In this document: piece after piece, positions 1 through 12,201 of the stretch | Numbering within the stretch: position 1 is the stretch's first letter | Layout: each line of letters opens with the position of its first letter | DNA from: Cirrosporium novae-zelandiae | Taxonomy: Eukaryota | NCBI GenBank assembly: GCA_026023565.1 | Contig: JAPETS010000004.1 | Coordinates: forward strand, 1 to 64,000 | Length of the DNA stretch: 64,000 bases | Reading direction: 5' to 3' | The notes under the pieces: generated by a model | The model's input: only the letters and a program-made list of their open reading frames with translations | Told to the model about the DNA's origin: nothing | The model's database searches: none | Made by a program: the position numbers and the translations under genes

Positions 1-31
<31 letters not shown>

Positions 32-178
32 GGTAATGGTGATAGGTACCTAGATAAAGTAATGGGTGTGGTAGGTAGAATGGTAGGTAGAATGGTAGGT
101 AGAATGGTAGGTAGAATGGTAGGTAGGTAGGTTAGGTGTTGGTAGATGGTAGGTGGTAGGTGGTAGGTGGTAGGTGTG
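1..178. repeat. Poly-G (30 nt, truncated by the window edge) followed by GGTAGGTAGAAT/GGTA-type tandem repeats
   Basis: G x30 at 1-30; the 12-mer GGTAGGTAGAAT repeats about 4 times at ~70-125, then degenerate GGTA/GGT units follow. Confidence 0.9.
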
Positions 179-297
179 TTTTAGCGAGTCTTCAGTTAAG
201 CCTCAGCTTACCACACAGTACCTTGGTTACGGGAAGACTTTAGCCACATACACCCACTGTCTTTGTTTCTCTCTCTTTTTCTCCTTCTTTCTTAACA

Positions 298-309
298 ACC
301 TTGACCCTG

Positions 310-340
<31 letters not shown>

Positions 341-364
341 TCTTGACCTTGATCTTGACCTTGT
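298..364. repeat. (CCTTGA)n hexanucleotide microsatellite
   Basis: About 11 near-perfect units; these explain the spurious DLDLDL and RSRSRS ORFs. Confidence 0.9.
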
Positions 365-2663
365 CAACTTTTTCGTCGTCTCTTGTTTTGTTTCTTGTGT
401 GTGTACTAGTACTAGGCGGAACTTCAAGGATACAGTAACTTATAAAGAACTTACGTGTTTATATATCAAAGAGATTTGATTTGACTTGATTAAAATGTAT
501 TATTGTCAATGTGCTATAATGGTATAATATACGGATGTTGAATGTTCCAGGTTGAAAAGCCGTTGAAAAGGTAAGAAAAGGGAAGGATTTTGGATTTTCA
601 AAGGAATCATGCAATGCGGGATGAGGTATGTCTGTGTTCTGTGGGTGATGTGGGTGATGTGGGTGATGTGGGTGATGTTGGTGTCTGGGTTTTTGACTGA
701 TGGACAGCAATGGGGTCATGGAGTATTATTGGATCATGGCTTAGGTGCATAGGTAGCTTCCTGTTAGTTCGTTATGGCTGAAGCCAACCCAACAACCACC
801 TGGAAAGGAAAAAAAAAAAAAAAAAAAAGAACGCCGGTAACCCCCCTAAAGGAAGTCCGTGGAGGCTTAACACTTCAACTCCCTAACCCAAAAATAGTTA
901 ACTAACACCCCCCCCCCAAGCTACCTAGGTAAACAATATTTACATGCTTGAGTGTGAGTACCGTTGGTTTATCATGATGAAAATTCCCCTCACCTTTCCA
1001 CCTTCTCCTAATAATTATCGTGGAAAAAAAAATAGTCATGAATTTTCTATTTCTCTATGTAGATCTTTTTCTCTACCAGCCACAACCCAATCATCATCCC
1101 CAGGTTGTTCATCGGCTACAGTACTGTGGATGCAGCTACCCACCCACCTCCACGATCCTTTCTAAATCTAGGGTCATTCCCCCTTGGGGATAGATACATG
1201 TACATACATACAACCATGCGACAGGTAGGTACATGCATGGATGGAGAAATTCTCATCTGATATCCCTACTCTCAATGGCCATTCTCAAAATAAATCAAAA
1301 AAACCGGTCACCTTCACTGTGGCTCGTGAACATGGAAATTTTGTCTTTGATGGTTGTCTGAACAAAGCCTTAGTCAAGCCTCAAACAAAACAGGTCCCTC
1401 GCTGCTGATACGGTAGAGTAGTACATGTTGGCATGTTTCGGCGGCAGCGATGCGCCCGTGGCAGAAAAGGCGCCTGCCAAGACCGCCTATATCGAAAATC
1501 TGCCTGCCAGTGACAAGGGGCCACTGCGGGCTTACAGAACGGATCGAGATCTTCACTCAAGACTTTGGACCTTTTGTTTGTTTGGTTGTTTTGATGGCGG
1601 TGCTGAGTCAAGAAAAAGAAGTAAAGGAAGGAGAAGAAGAAGAAGGTGCCACAGCCAGGTTTCGTCAAGTGGAGTTCACGAGTACATACATGCATCCAAA
1701 GAGTACAGCAGTATGTTTTGCACCGCCTCTTGGAAGTTCGAAGGATACTTGTACTTGGTTGGTGGGAAAGTCCGGGGGGGGGGGGGGTATGAGGGGGCGG
1801 GGGGGTTGCAAATAAATTGACAATACATACTACGCCTAAGGCATTCATTTTGTTCCTGTTGTCGTCAACCAACTGAACAGAAAACAATTTCTCAAGTTCA
1901 GCTTACTACCAACAGAATCCACCATCCATGCACAGCTAGTTATATATATCCATATACATACGTACAACCATATTATTGTTACTATTAATTCCTCACAATC
2001 GTGGCATGAAGAAACAACAGAAAGCCTGACTCAACCATCCATTCCTCCTTGTGGTTAATGATATAATAATAAGCTTCGACACCAGAATAGCAAGCTTAAT
2101 GCTTGCTGTACTACTTAGGTGAGGCTTCAGCTCTCTTACGCACAGCCATCCGGCTTCACGTCAGAGTTTTTAGCCTCACATCTTATTAGTTGAGGTAAAC
2201 CGACCTAGGTACGCAATACCAACAACAGAGCCTCAAACGTTGTTTGATACCTTCCCAATTTGGCAATTCTTTGCCGGACTCATCCACAACTAACCAGCCC
2301 CCAAATCCAAAATCCAAATCCATCATAATTCACCCAAACATGTTCATCGACACCTGATATGGCTTCCGAAACCCCTTCTCTCACTTCAAACCTCCATCCA
2401 AGGTTCAACTAGGATTATACTAACTTTGCCAACTTCACCTCTTCATCGTATCATATCTATGGCCGGTGGTGCTTAGTATTTCTAAAAGGAGACATTATCG
2501 TCATGATAATGAATGCTATGAGTCCTATACTGAAATCGAAAAATCAAACAGGTAATAAAGGCCCCAAATATTCACAGCTAGACATGTCCTTGAACGTTAA
2601 GTCAGGAAAACCGCCCAATACCCAGGGTATCACAACCAAGCACCATCAACTGTATTATACGTA

Positions 2664-5600
2664 TCATGAAAAGTCTTCTATAGCCGCTTCCCTAGCCATG
2701 TTTCGTTTCTTCGCATCATCCAAGGCCTTGCGTAACCGTTCTTGATGTTCGTTTGCTGCTGCATCTGTTGAAGGTTCAGGGCTTGGACCAGGGGTGGACG
2801 AGCTTGCATTATCCGTAGAAACGGTAGCGCAGGGTGTAACAGAAGTTCCTAACTCTGATAATTTTGAAATGAAGCCATCTGCTAGTGCCTGCACCTTTTC
2901 CTTTTCTTGCAGAACCTGTTTTAGTCTTTCTTCTAATTCCTGCTTCAACCGTAAGTCCTCTTCTTTCTTCTCTGCTTCGACCTTGGCCATGTTTTTCTGT
3001 GAATGCGATGTGGAGGCCATCTCGAAATCGGCCTCGTTGAGTAGTACATCTGCATCATAAGCACATTGTGCAAAGTTTTTCTCCACCACTTCCAAACTTT
3101 CGAGCAAAGCGCCCACATCCTGTGCCGCCGAACGGAGTTCATCCTTCACTTCAAGAGGGAGCGCGGGAGGGATCGAAAGTGTGATATTTCTAATCTCTTT
3201 GGCAACCAAATCCCTCCATTTCCCTATCTCTTTATTTGCCCAGATTGTCACACGATCCAGAATCCTAACAAGCCGTTTCCCACGTTCATCCTTTGATTTC
3301 GATGTCTGTGCTATAAATTTCCAATCTTTGTCCTCATATTCCTTCTTTGTAACTTGTGCTTTCGTTTTTTCCTTTCGTGCTTCTAGTGCGGTTACCTCTG
3401 CAAGTTTAACTCGATGGGCGCGCTCCAAAATTGCCTCGGCAGCTTTTTGGTGGCGAATTTCCAGTTTTCGGAAGATTGTTAAAGCTAATTCTGTATTCTG
3501 AGAGGTATCCTGAAGGCGTTGAAGCCTAGATGGGAGACTGGGTGTTTGTTTATCAAGGGGGCTTGCAGATATCTCTTTCAGCTGGTCAACTGTAGATTGA
3601 AATTTTGTGTTCAGCTCCTGTATTTCATTCTGTAACCGGGTCGTCACGACATCATAAACATTGGTAGTGAAACTGCTAACTTCTTCACGATCTTCTTCGG
3701 CCTTTCGATCAAGTTCTTCTTCACGGAACTCTTTTTCTAGAACAGCAATATCAGAGTAGCCTATATCATTGTTATTGAATAAGTCGTCGATGTTATTTTC
3801 AGACTCTGCTTGGCGTTCATGGCGCTCCTTTTCAAGCTCTGCTCGCTTCTTTCGCGCCCCTTTATCCCATGCGACTACCATCTCATGAATAAACCCAAAG
3901 TCATCTGGTGTTAAAGATGACGATGTGAGGTGCACAAGTTCAGGAATTTGGCTCTTCTCGTTCAGACCTGCCTTTGGAATAAGTTCACGCAATTGGTTGG
4001 TAAATGAACGATGGTCAACGGCGGATGCTCCTGGAAGTAAGACGCTGGGTAAAGTCAATGTTGGCCGAACTTGGCCAGGAACACTTGCTGCCCTTTCTTC
4101 ACGTATCCCACCAAGAAAAGTTTCATGATGCTCTATATTTGCTGTAGCAGGCCTCGCACCAAGACTCTCCCCGCGTTGACGGGCACGGTCAGTCCTGCGA
4201 AGACTATTATGAAGACCAAGTCCACTATCCACAGCGGCCTTTCTCAACGCTGAGTAAGGCTTATAAGTTTGTTTGTTAGGTGGAGCTTGTGGACATGAAT
4301 GCTGGGGGACTCTATTATATTGGAAGGGGGTATATACAGGCCTTTGGAAGTCGAAATTGGGCATCTGAAAGGGAGATCCAGGTTTAAATGACGAAGGCGG
4401 GACAGAGAAAGCTCGAAATCCAACATCATGAAGGGTAGGTATTGGGCTGGATTCCACATCGACCACTATGGGAGCGTCTGCGCCGGGCGAATATTTCTCC
4501 TTCTCGATATTCTCGTTGGGTTTATGGGGGGGAGCAACTACTCTCAACTTTGGAGGAGGCGGAGTTCCCTGTGGCCTTGAACCTTTAATGATCGGACGAC
4601 CTCCAGGGCTATACTGCGCATCGTCATCCGAGTGGTCAACAATAACAAATGAATCTTTAGTTGATGGAGTGCTTGCTGATCGTTCATGGACATCTTTGAT
4701 TAACGTTGGCCGCGGAGATGAGGTTCGCGCTGGTGACATCTGGGGCGGAGACATATTATGCTTAGGTGAATTCTGTTCTTGTTTTTCTGTCGCCGGTTGG
4801 GTTTCAACGGATGTAGAGGCTTCTTGCTTCGATTCTGTTGACTGCGGCCACTCTTTCCTATCTTCCTTTTCGGGCTGAGGAGCCCGTTGTCTTGAAGGAA
4901 TAATTTGAATGACATCGTCTTCCACATCATAAAGAACCGCTCTCAATTTTGCTTCTCGCGAGAGGAAAGTACTAAATACTTTGTATCTATCAGCGTCATT
5001 ATCTGCACTCGATTCTTGTCGTAGCATGTCCACATAACGGTTTAGAGATGCTTTATACCACGGATCCAAATCAGCGTATGGATCACTGAGCTCTAATAGC
5101 CTCGGACTCTTTGGGGGACCCGATTTATTCTGGTCATCTAGCATAGAATCTGCTCCCCGTGCTTGCGGACATTTCACCTCGGATTTCCTACGAGAAATTG
5201 AGATTTCAGCTAAAGGGAGTGTTGGTGAGTGAGAGCCCTGTGCGGACATTGTCTCCGGAGAGGCTACTGGTCTAGGTGTACTAGGTGATGATGGTAATGG
5301 TGATACATGTCCAACATTGCTCCAGGCAGCAATGGCACCATCGATATCAGTCGCACGCTGCCATTCGTTTACGGTGGAAGCAACGCTATCTTGTCTTTGT
5401 TCTTCTTTAAAACCTGACGCACTTTGTGGAAGCTTCGGTGGGACTGATGGACTTGCAAAGGACCCTTGGGGCGGGAAATCTTGCTTTCCGGATTTAGCAG
5501 GGGTATAAATAGACGGAAGCCCAAAAGCCTTAAGGGTCTCCGAAGGGGGTGAATATGGTGCTTCTGGCTTTCTTTCTCCAGAGGTAGCTGGTCTTGAAGG

Positions 5601-6791
5601 AATCGAAGTTTTCTGTGGGGGGGAACCGGGGGCTGAAGATGATATATTAAGATTATGTTGATCATGTGATTTTACAGGTAAATTTTGTTCAACAGGCCTG
5701 GAGAAGGCCGGTGCTGGGGGGGATACTGGAGGTTGGGAGGTATCGGTACTGGTAGGCCATTGCTGAGAGCTAGACACATCAACAGGGGAAACTGTCATTT
5801 GAGAGCTAGAATAAGAGTCCTTGTGTTGATCTTGGCGGGATTTTAATTGAGACTGTGGTTGAGACGTAGGAGCTTGTTGAGGAGATGATGAATATAAGTT
5901 ATCTTGTGTAGGTGCCCCATGGAATTCTGGTTGCCCATACTCAAAGGGAGTATATGGGTCAGATAAGTCGATAGCCTGTGGGGGTGGCAGCGGAGGTGGG
6001 GGAGGGAGTGAGGAATAAGAATTATATGCCTGTTGGTCAACGACTCCATATTGTGTTCCCTCAGAAGGGTGCGTTTCTTGCCAATAACTTGAAGGAAGTG
6101 GTGGTGGAGGAGGGGGTGGGGGAAGATTCCCTTGAAAGTTGTTTGTCTCAGAGTCCCAATGTTGCTGTTGGGAATATATGGGCTGGTTGAAGTTATCATA
6201 CTGAAAAGATGAATTATAGGTGTTTAAATTATCCGGTGTATGAGATGGTCTCGGAGGTAAAGAAGGTGCTTGGGAGTGTTCGGGAGCTTGTCCTAGACCG
6301 CTTGAAGGCCTTGGCTAAATATTTACATACTGATAAGTATTTAAAGGGTCCGATTTTAGAATCATTCTTGACGTACTGGCAATGGAGGAGCCGGAATCCC
6401 ATGCGACTGATGCGGACTTTGGTTATATCTTACACCCCATTTCGATGTATCCATCGCATTAACAGGTGAAGGGCTTGCATTTGGCATTAGCCCATAGATA
6501 TTAGGATTATAGTTCCCGTAGGAGGCATTGTTTGTTGGTGGTGCCGGCGAAGGCGGTCCTGGATATTGCCATGAAGGTGGATTCTCAAGAGCTTGATGCG
6601 ACTGAGAATTTGCTTCGGACGAGGAAACCTGCCATTGAGCAGGCGCGGCTGCAGGATTGGAGTAATAGTATAGATCTTAATTCGATGTTAGACTATGCAT
6701 GCGGTAACTCGCAGGATATGAGCTCACTATTATATGGTGGATTCTCGTCTCCAGCTGCTGCCTGATAGTAGGGACCTGACCCAGGATTCAT
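2664..6791 (-). CDS. Large fungal hypothetical protein (~1337 aa): Pro/Ser-rich N-terminus, helical/coiled-coil C-terminal half
   Basis: The 1044-aa ORF stays open upstream to 6314. Two canonical introns (6676-6727 GTGAG..AAG; 6315-6376 GTACGT..TAG) join it in frame to an ATG at 6791 (MNPGSGPYYQ...). Confidence 0.8.
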
Positions 6792-7341
6792 TTGCGCGCG
6801 TATAAAAGAGCGCAAACCAAAGATCTATGTCAAATTAATTCAAAGAAGAGATGGTTGAGATAATTTCAGTGGATGTTTGATGCTTATGAGGAAGAAGTAA
6901 TCATGATAAGGCTTTAGGAGATGATTGTTTGGAATCATAATATGGGAGGAATGGTTTTAGGTCATGCGATTCGTTGGAGCTGAATGACATGCAGGATCAA
7001 TTCTGGATGGGATGGCCCGCTCGATCCAACTCTTCCGCCCTTAGTGCTCTCTATACTTAGGTACCTAGGTAATTAATTACATGTACTGTACCGTAGGCTA
7101 CAACTTTATCTGTACCTGTATCTACTTTATTTCCACTTTGTTTCCATGACGTACAGTATCATCTAATTCATTGTACGGAAAGGTATACTATAAGTAGAGG
7201 TCCTTAGGCAAACATACCAACAGACTTGATGTCAATGTTGGTAAGAAGTCTCAATATATTAGCCATTTGGCCAAGCTATATTGGTGCCTTAGGCGAACAT
7301 ACAGTATCCTTGGTTCCACCATCGTCATACTTTGGATCATC

Positions 7342-8660
7342 ATGTCTATAGGTAACCATATACATCTTGCCCCCTTGCAACTCGGCGAGCTTCCATACCA
7401 TCCCAACCTACACGACCTCCAACAAAAGGACAAATATATCCGTACACAATTTATACCAGCCTCAAACAATGGCCAAGACCCCTGTGATGAACTCGGTCGA
7501 CCGCATTTGCGACAATTTCTCGTAGCCATTTTGAACGAAGGCGTAGCCTTCACCGATAACTATTTATACAATGATCAATTCAAACGATCGAAGATAACAT
7601 CCTCTCCCCCTTCTGCAGCAAAGGTCACGTTAGGAAGCACATCTTTCTCTCAAGAGCATTTGAGCAGCATCAAATGGGAGGATCAAGCACCCCGAACAAA
7701 ACCTAGGAAGCTTCAGAAAGAACGTTGGTTCAGTCGACGGAGCCAACATGATGACGCCCAGGGCCCTTGGACTGTCGATTTTGCAGAATTCAAGATCGGA
7801 TTGCTACAAAACCATTCCGAGAGTGAAAAGGCCTACACGCCAGATGTATTCGATGCTTATCAGGCAAGAAATAAGCCGGACCCCCTCCAATAATAGTACT
7901 AACCCATCCCATCTAACAGGTTCTTGACTATGCAGACGAGATCCAAAGTGAAGGATGTTCTACCATCTCCAACTATACGGAAATCGGTGCTCAAATTATG
8001 GAGATGGCGCACGAGATAAAGAATCCGGGGGTCGACAATCGTGTCTTTCCCGAACTAGTCATCACAGCTCAGATTACCCCATCTTCCTTCATCATCATCC
8101 AAATCCCGGTCAACATATCAGACCTTCCGGTAGCCCTCTATAGCAACGGTAAACACCTCACCCAGGACCGGAATACCCCTGAGGGCCAGGTTATACCTCA
8201 GGCGAAACACAAGGTTGTGCTTGGAGCCTATGCATCCGTAGAAAGAGGTATTTATACAATCCCTTTTGTTAATAAACTATCCCAGCCGAGATATAATTCC
8301 CAAGATACTCATTTTAATCCCACCAACTCCAAATCCTATCTCACCCAACCCCCCTCCTCTCCCCTTTTCTTTTATTCTCAACCTCCTACCCCCCCCCCTA
8401 CACCAATCCCCATACCAAAAACCTAACCCAAACAAACTAACCTCTCCCCAACACCCCTAGTCACCCAAATCCAAGACCCCAACAACTCCTCCACCAAAAA
8501 CGACTGGGCCATGGCAACTACAAGCGACGCGCGCGGCTACCTACCCATGTTCGCTCAGAAGCTAGCGCTGCCAGGTGCGATTAATAAGGATGTCGGGCTT
8601 TTTGTTGGGTGGGTTTGTGGGCGACGGGGTGGGGGTGATGGTGATAATGGGGGGTTGTAG
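7342..8660 (+). CDS. DUF3074-like protein
   Basis: Motifs WFSRRSQH, FAEFKIGLLQNHSESEKAYTP and C-terminal WAMATTSDARGYLPMFAQKLALPGAINKDVGLFVGWV. Introns 7864-7919 (GC-AG) and 8248-8460 give a continuous frame ending at TAG 8660. Confidence 0.75.
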
Positions 8661-8967
8661 TGTTGGGAGTTCGAGGGGGGCGATGGGTTAAGGGTATTTT
8701 TTGATGGGGTGTGTGGAGGAGTTCTGGTAATCGGCGGCAGGTGTAGTTTATGATGTGAATACCTGAGCTGGGTTGATGTGATGTAAGTATGTAAGTATGT
8801 ATGTATAACAAGAACAGATACTATGATATCATTTCGATCACCGAAACGAAAACCGAAAAGAAAAAGATGGTATTTTCTATCCATCTACAACCCTGTACTC
8901 TCATTCCCTCTCCGTGCTAAATCATGTAGATATGTATTAGTTAAATTATGAACGCATGCATTGTCAG

Positions 8968-8968
<1 letters not shown>

Positions 8969-8998
<30 letters not shown>
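8969..8998. repeat. Poly-G tract (30 nt)
   Basis: Uninterrupted G run between the convergent DUF3074-like gene and MCM7. Confidence 0.9.
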
Positions 8999-9002
<4 letters not shown>

Positions 9003-9190
9003 GCATAAGTAGGTAGGTATATTCTTTCTAATAATCTAAAAAGCCCCCCCTTAGATTCGAAATTGCGTCCAGGAAACAAAACTCAACCAAATGCTTAACC
9101 GATGCTATCATAACTAAAACACACGCACATACACATCAGATCGGATCGGATCAGATCAATAAACACCCAACACCTACATTCATACCCCCA

Positions 9191-11816
9191 CTATTCAAAA
9201 TCCATCTCATCATCATCGCCCTCGATGAAAACCAATCTCGTTCCACTCCCAGCCGTCTGCCAAACATCCAAATCGACATATTCTTGAATGGCCCTCTCCC
9301 ACTGATCCTCAGTAAATCCCTTTGCCAAAACGCGTTCCCGAACCCTCCTCACACTCATGCCGACATCACCATCCTCTGCGGCCGCAGCTCCACTCTCGCG
9401 CATACCCCTGACAAGCTGGAAGATCCTGGAGCTGACACTCATATCGGCATGATTATTGGATTGGGAGCCGAGGAGGGAGGATTTGGAAACTTCGACAAGG
9501 CGGAGAGCTTCGTCGACGTCTTCGGAGGTGACTTGGTCGCTGAAGCGGAGGCGGGCGAGGGCTTGGCTGAGACGGAGGATGCCGAGGAGGGTTCGGGGGG
9601 ATACGAAGGTGAACCCGGATTGGTTTTGCGCGTGGGGGCCCCCGGTGGCAGCGGATCCTTTCTGGGCGGAGGCTTCGGCGCGGGCATGCTGTTGGCGGAG
9701 GCGGACGTATGCGCCGACCATGTAGTCAGAGACGGACTGGGGGACCGTAGGGCGGAAGGAGCGGGCGCGAGCGATGTATTCACGAACTTCCTTGGGGGTA
9801 AAAACGATGGAGGAGTTGGGGGACGAGGGGTCTCCTGGGACGGAGTCAGAGGCCGGTGGGTCCGGATGTTTGTTATACATGTGGACGTATGTGACGTGCT
9901 GGGCGAGCTGCTCGTCTGAGTCGCGGTTGGGGGTGTCTAGGATGAGGAAGAGGACGTCGAAACGGGAAAGAAGGGCTGCAGGAAGGTTTATGTTTTCTAC
10001 AGGGGAGATGCGTGGGTTGTAGCGGCCGTAGAGAGGATTGGCTGCTGCGAGGATGGATGTCCGGGCGTTGAGGGTTGTGGTGATACCTGCTTTGGAGATG
10101 GAGATGGTTTGCTGTTCCATAACTTCGTGAATGGCTGTTCGGTCGCCGTCGTCCATTTTGTCGAATTCATCGATACAGCAGATACCGTTATCGGCGAGAA
10201 CAAGTGCACCTCCTTCCAACACCATTTCGTCGGTAACAGGATCTCGCATCACGGCTGCGGTGAGACCAACTCCAGAAGAGCCGCGACCAGTGGTATAAAC
10301 ACCACGTGGGGAGACTTTGGAGATGTATTTGAGGAGCTGAGATTTGGCAACACCAGGATCACCCATCAAACAGATATTGATGTCACCACGAATACGCATA
10401 CCATCTCCCATTTCCTTAGTGACGCCACCAATAAGTAGGAGAAGCAGAGCCTTCTTAACATCTAGATGACCGAAAATTTCAGGAGCAATTGAACGAGCTA
10501 GATACTCATACATGTGGCCGGAATTTTTGAGCGCATCGATGCGTCTCCAGGTCCGGGCATCAAGCGCTAGATCATCGTAAGCTTTCTTATGCTGAGTGAC
10601 ATGTTGCGCCTCGAGGTAAGTATCGGTGAGAAGACCAGCCTTGAGAGCCCGGAAACCAGTATAGGGGGTTGGAAGGAAGATGCCAGCAACATCAACGACG
10701 TCTCCCGGATTAATTTGACGAGTTAGAGTACCATTGCAGTGTATTGTCAAGGTTCGGGGAATGTGTCCCACTGGAACCTGATCAGACATTTCTTGAATCT
10801 TGACCTCCTGGAAAGGAAGAAATTTGGAGGCACGAGTAGATGGAAATAATTGGCCCTTGGTATTGTTGTTCTTACAGTCATCAGACGGACATTCTAGGAT
10901 TGGCGCAAATTGTCTGGTGGTTATAGGCTGAAAGACTTCACATCCACATCGATCGCAAGTATAAGTACATATTCGTACAGCGGGCTTAACGTCGGATACT
11001 CTAGTGGTAATTCCTCGAACAGTGATGAGATGACCAAGATGTTCACCGCGGATTTGACGGACGGCAAGAGGCTTGGTGGACTTCTCACTGTCGGCACCAG
11101 CAGGACTGAGGGGTTTAAAATTAAGAGTATACCGACGAGTGAGTTCTGGGGGAAACTGGGATGCGGCAACTTCCATATCATTATCCATTGCCTGCGCGAT
11201 TGTCTCGTTTCGCCTTTCTCGTTGGGACATGATAATATCCAAGACATCGTCCTTGAATGTGATTTCTCTTGACTCTTTTGGCATGACTGAATCGACCGCT
11301 TCGGAAACAATGTCCAGATAATGCCTTGCATTTCTTTCAATTGACTCGACCAGCCTTAAACTCTGTTCTTCTGGAAGACTTCTTTCATACTATAGCACAA
11401 TAAGCAAAGGGCTTTAAGGATAGATAAATAGCTCTTAAAATTCATACCTCCTGTAAATCATCCAATTCAATCGTAATTTGATCTGTTTCTCTGTCCACAA
11501 CTTTTTGAAGAACATTCATATATTTCCGTTTAGGAGCTTCTTGTTCTCCAAGTCCTCGTGCTTGCGCTGCTTCCTTCTCGCGTTGGGGGCCATCCATGAA
11601 ATCATAATCGTCATTTTCATCCTCAATAGTCAGCTCTTGAAGCGCATGAGTTGCGGTTATCTCATTCTCGGTAGAGGTGGTCTTGAAATTGGTTAGAAAG
11701 TCCTTGAAAGACTCTGTGATCAATTAGCAAAATTAATTAAAATATAAATGAGTAACGGTCGACGGACGTAATTGGGTCTCATAGTCGACCGGCGGACGAA
11801 ATGTGAGAAGAGACAT
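9191..11816 (-). CDS. MCM7: DNA replication licensing factor Mcm7
   Basis: Walker [17 protein letters not shown], arginine finger SRFD, zinc finger CDRC..C..C and the MCM7-type [11 protein letters not shown] at 11816; introns 11714-11767 and 11390-11447. Confidence 0.96.
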
Positions 11817-11925
11817 GATGTCGTATGTGTATTTCTATTATATTTTTATTGTTGGTGGTGGTTTGGATTTCAGATGATCTAGAGGTGAGAACCAAAAAAG
11901 GTTGGTAAGTTGTTCCCATTCCAAG

Positions 11926-11938
11926 TCGCGTAACGCGT
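11926..11938. promoter_or_regulatory. Tandem MCB-like boxes (TCGCGT, ACGCGT) upstream of MCM7
   Basis: TCGCGTAACGCGT lies ~110 nt upstream of the MCM7 ATG; ACGCGT is the canonical MluI cell-cycle box. Confidence 0.6.
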
Positions 11939-12016
11939 ATTGTACAGTTCAGAATTCGTGATTAGGAATTTAACCGCTTAGGGAATAGTACAGCTTCTCC
12001 AGGTTCGTCTCCCGAA

Positions 12017-12022
12017 CCTCGG
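12017..12022 (+). promoter_or_regulatory. CCTCGG FarA/FarB-type fatty-acid response site upstream of PEX1
   Basis: Exact CCTCGG ~180 nt before the PEX1 ATG; the same site occurs upstream of PEX10. Confidence 0.5.
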
Positions 12023-12201
12023 CTTTGATATTCAATAGCAGAACATTCAGTGGTTACAAGTATGCACGAGGTCCTTGATGCGGTTCTTTTGATCTCGGTA
12101 TTCTTTATTTTTCGTTGGTCTACATGCTTTTATTATCCTTCTAAGAGCTTTGTATCATTATATCCCTCCATCCATCCTCAACTTGTCATCCGATCCTCAA
12201 A

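Noticed and set aside
174..719. ORFs encoding DL/RS and HHP repeats
   Set aside because: They are translations of the CCTTGA and GTGGGTGAT microsatellites, with no other coding evidence.
9284..10438. Long antisense ORFs over MCM7 (also over PEX1, MSH3 and STK19-like)
   Set aside because: These are shadow ORFs of GC-rich coding sequence.
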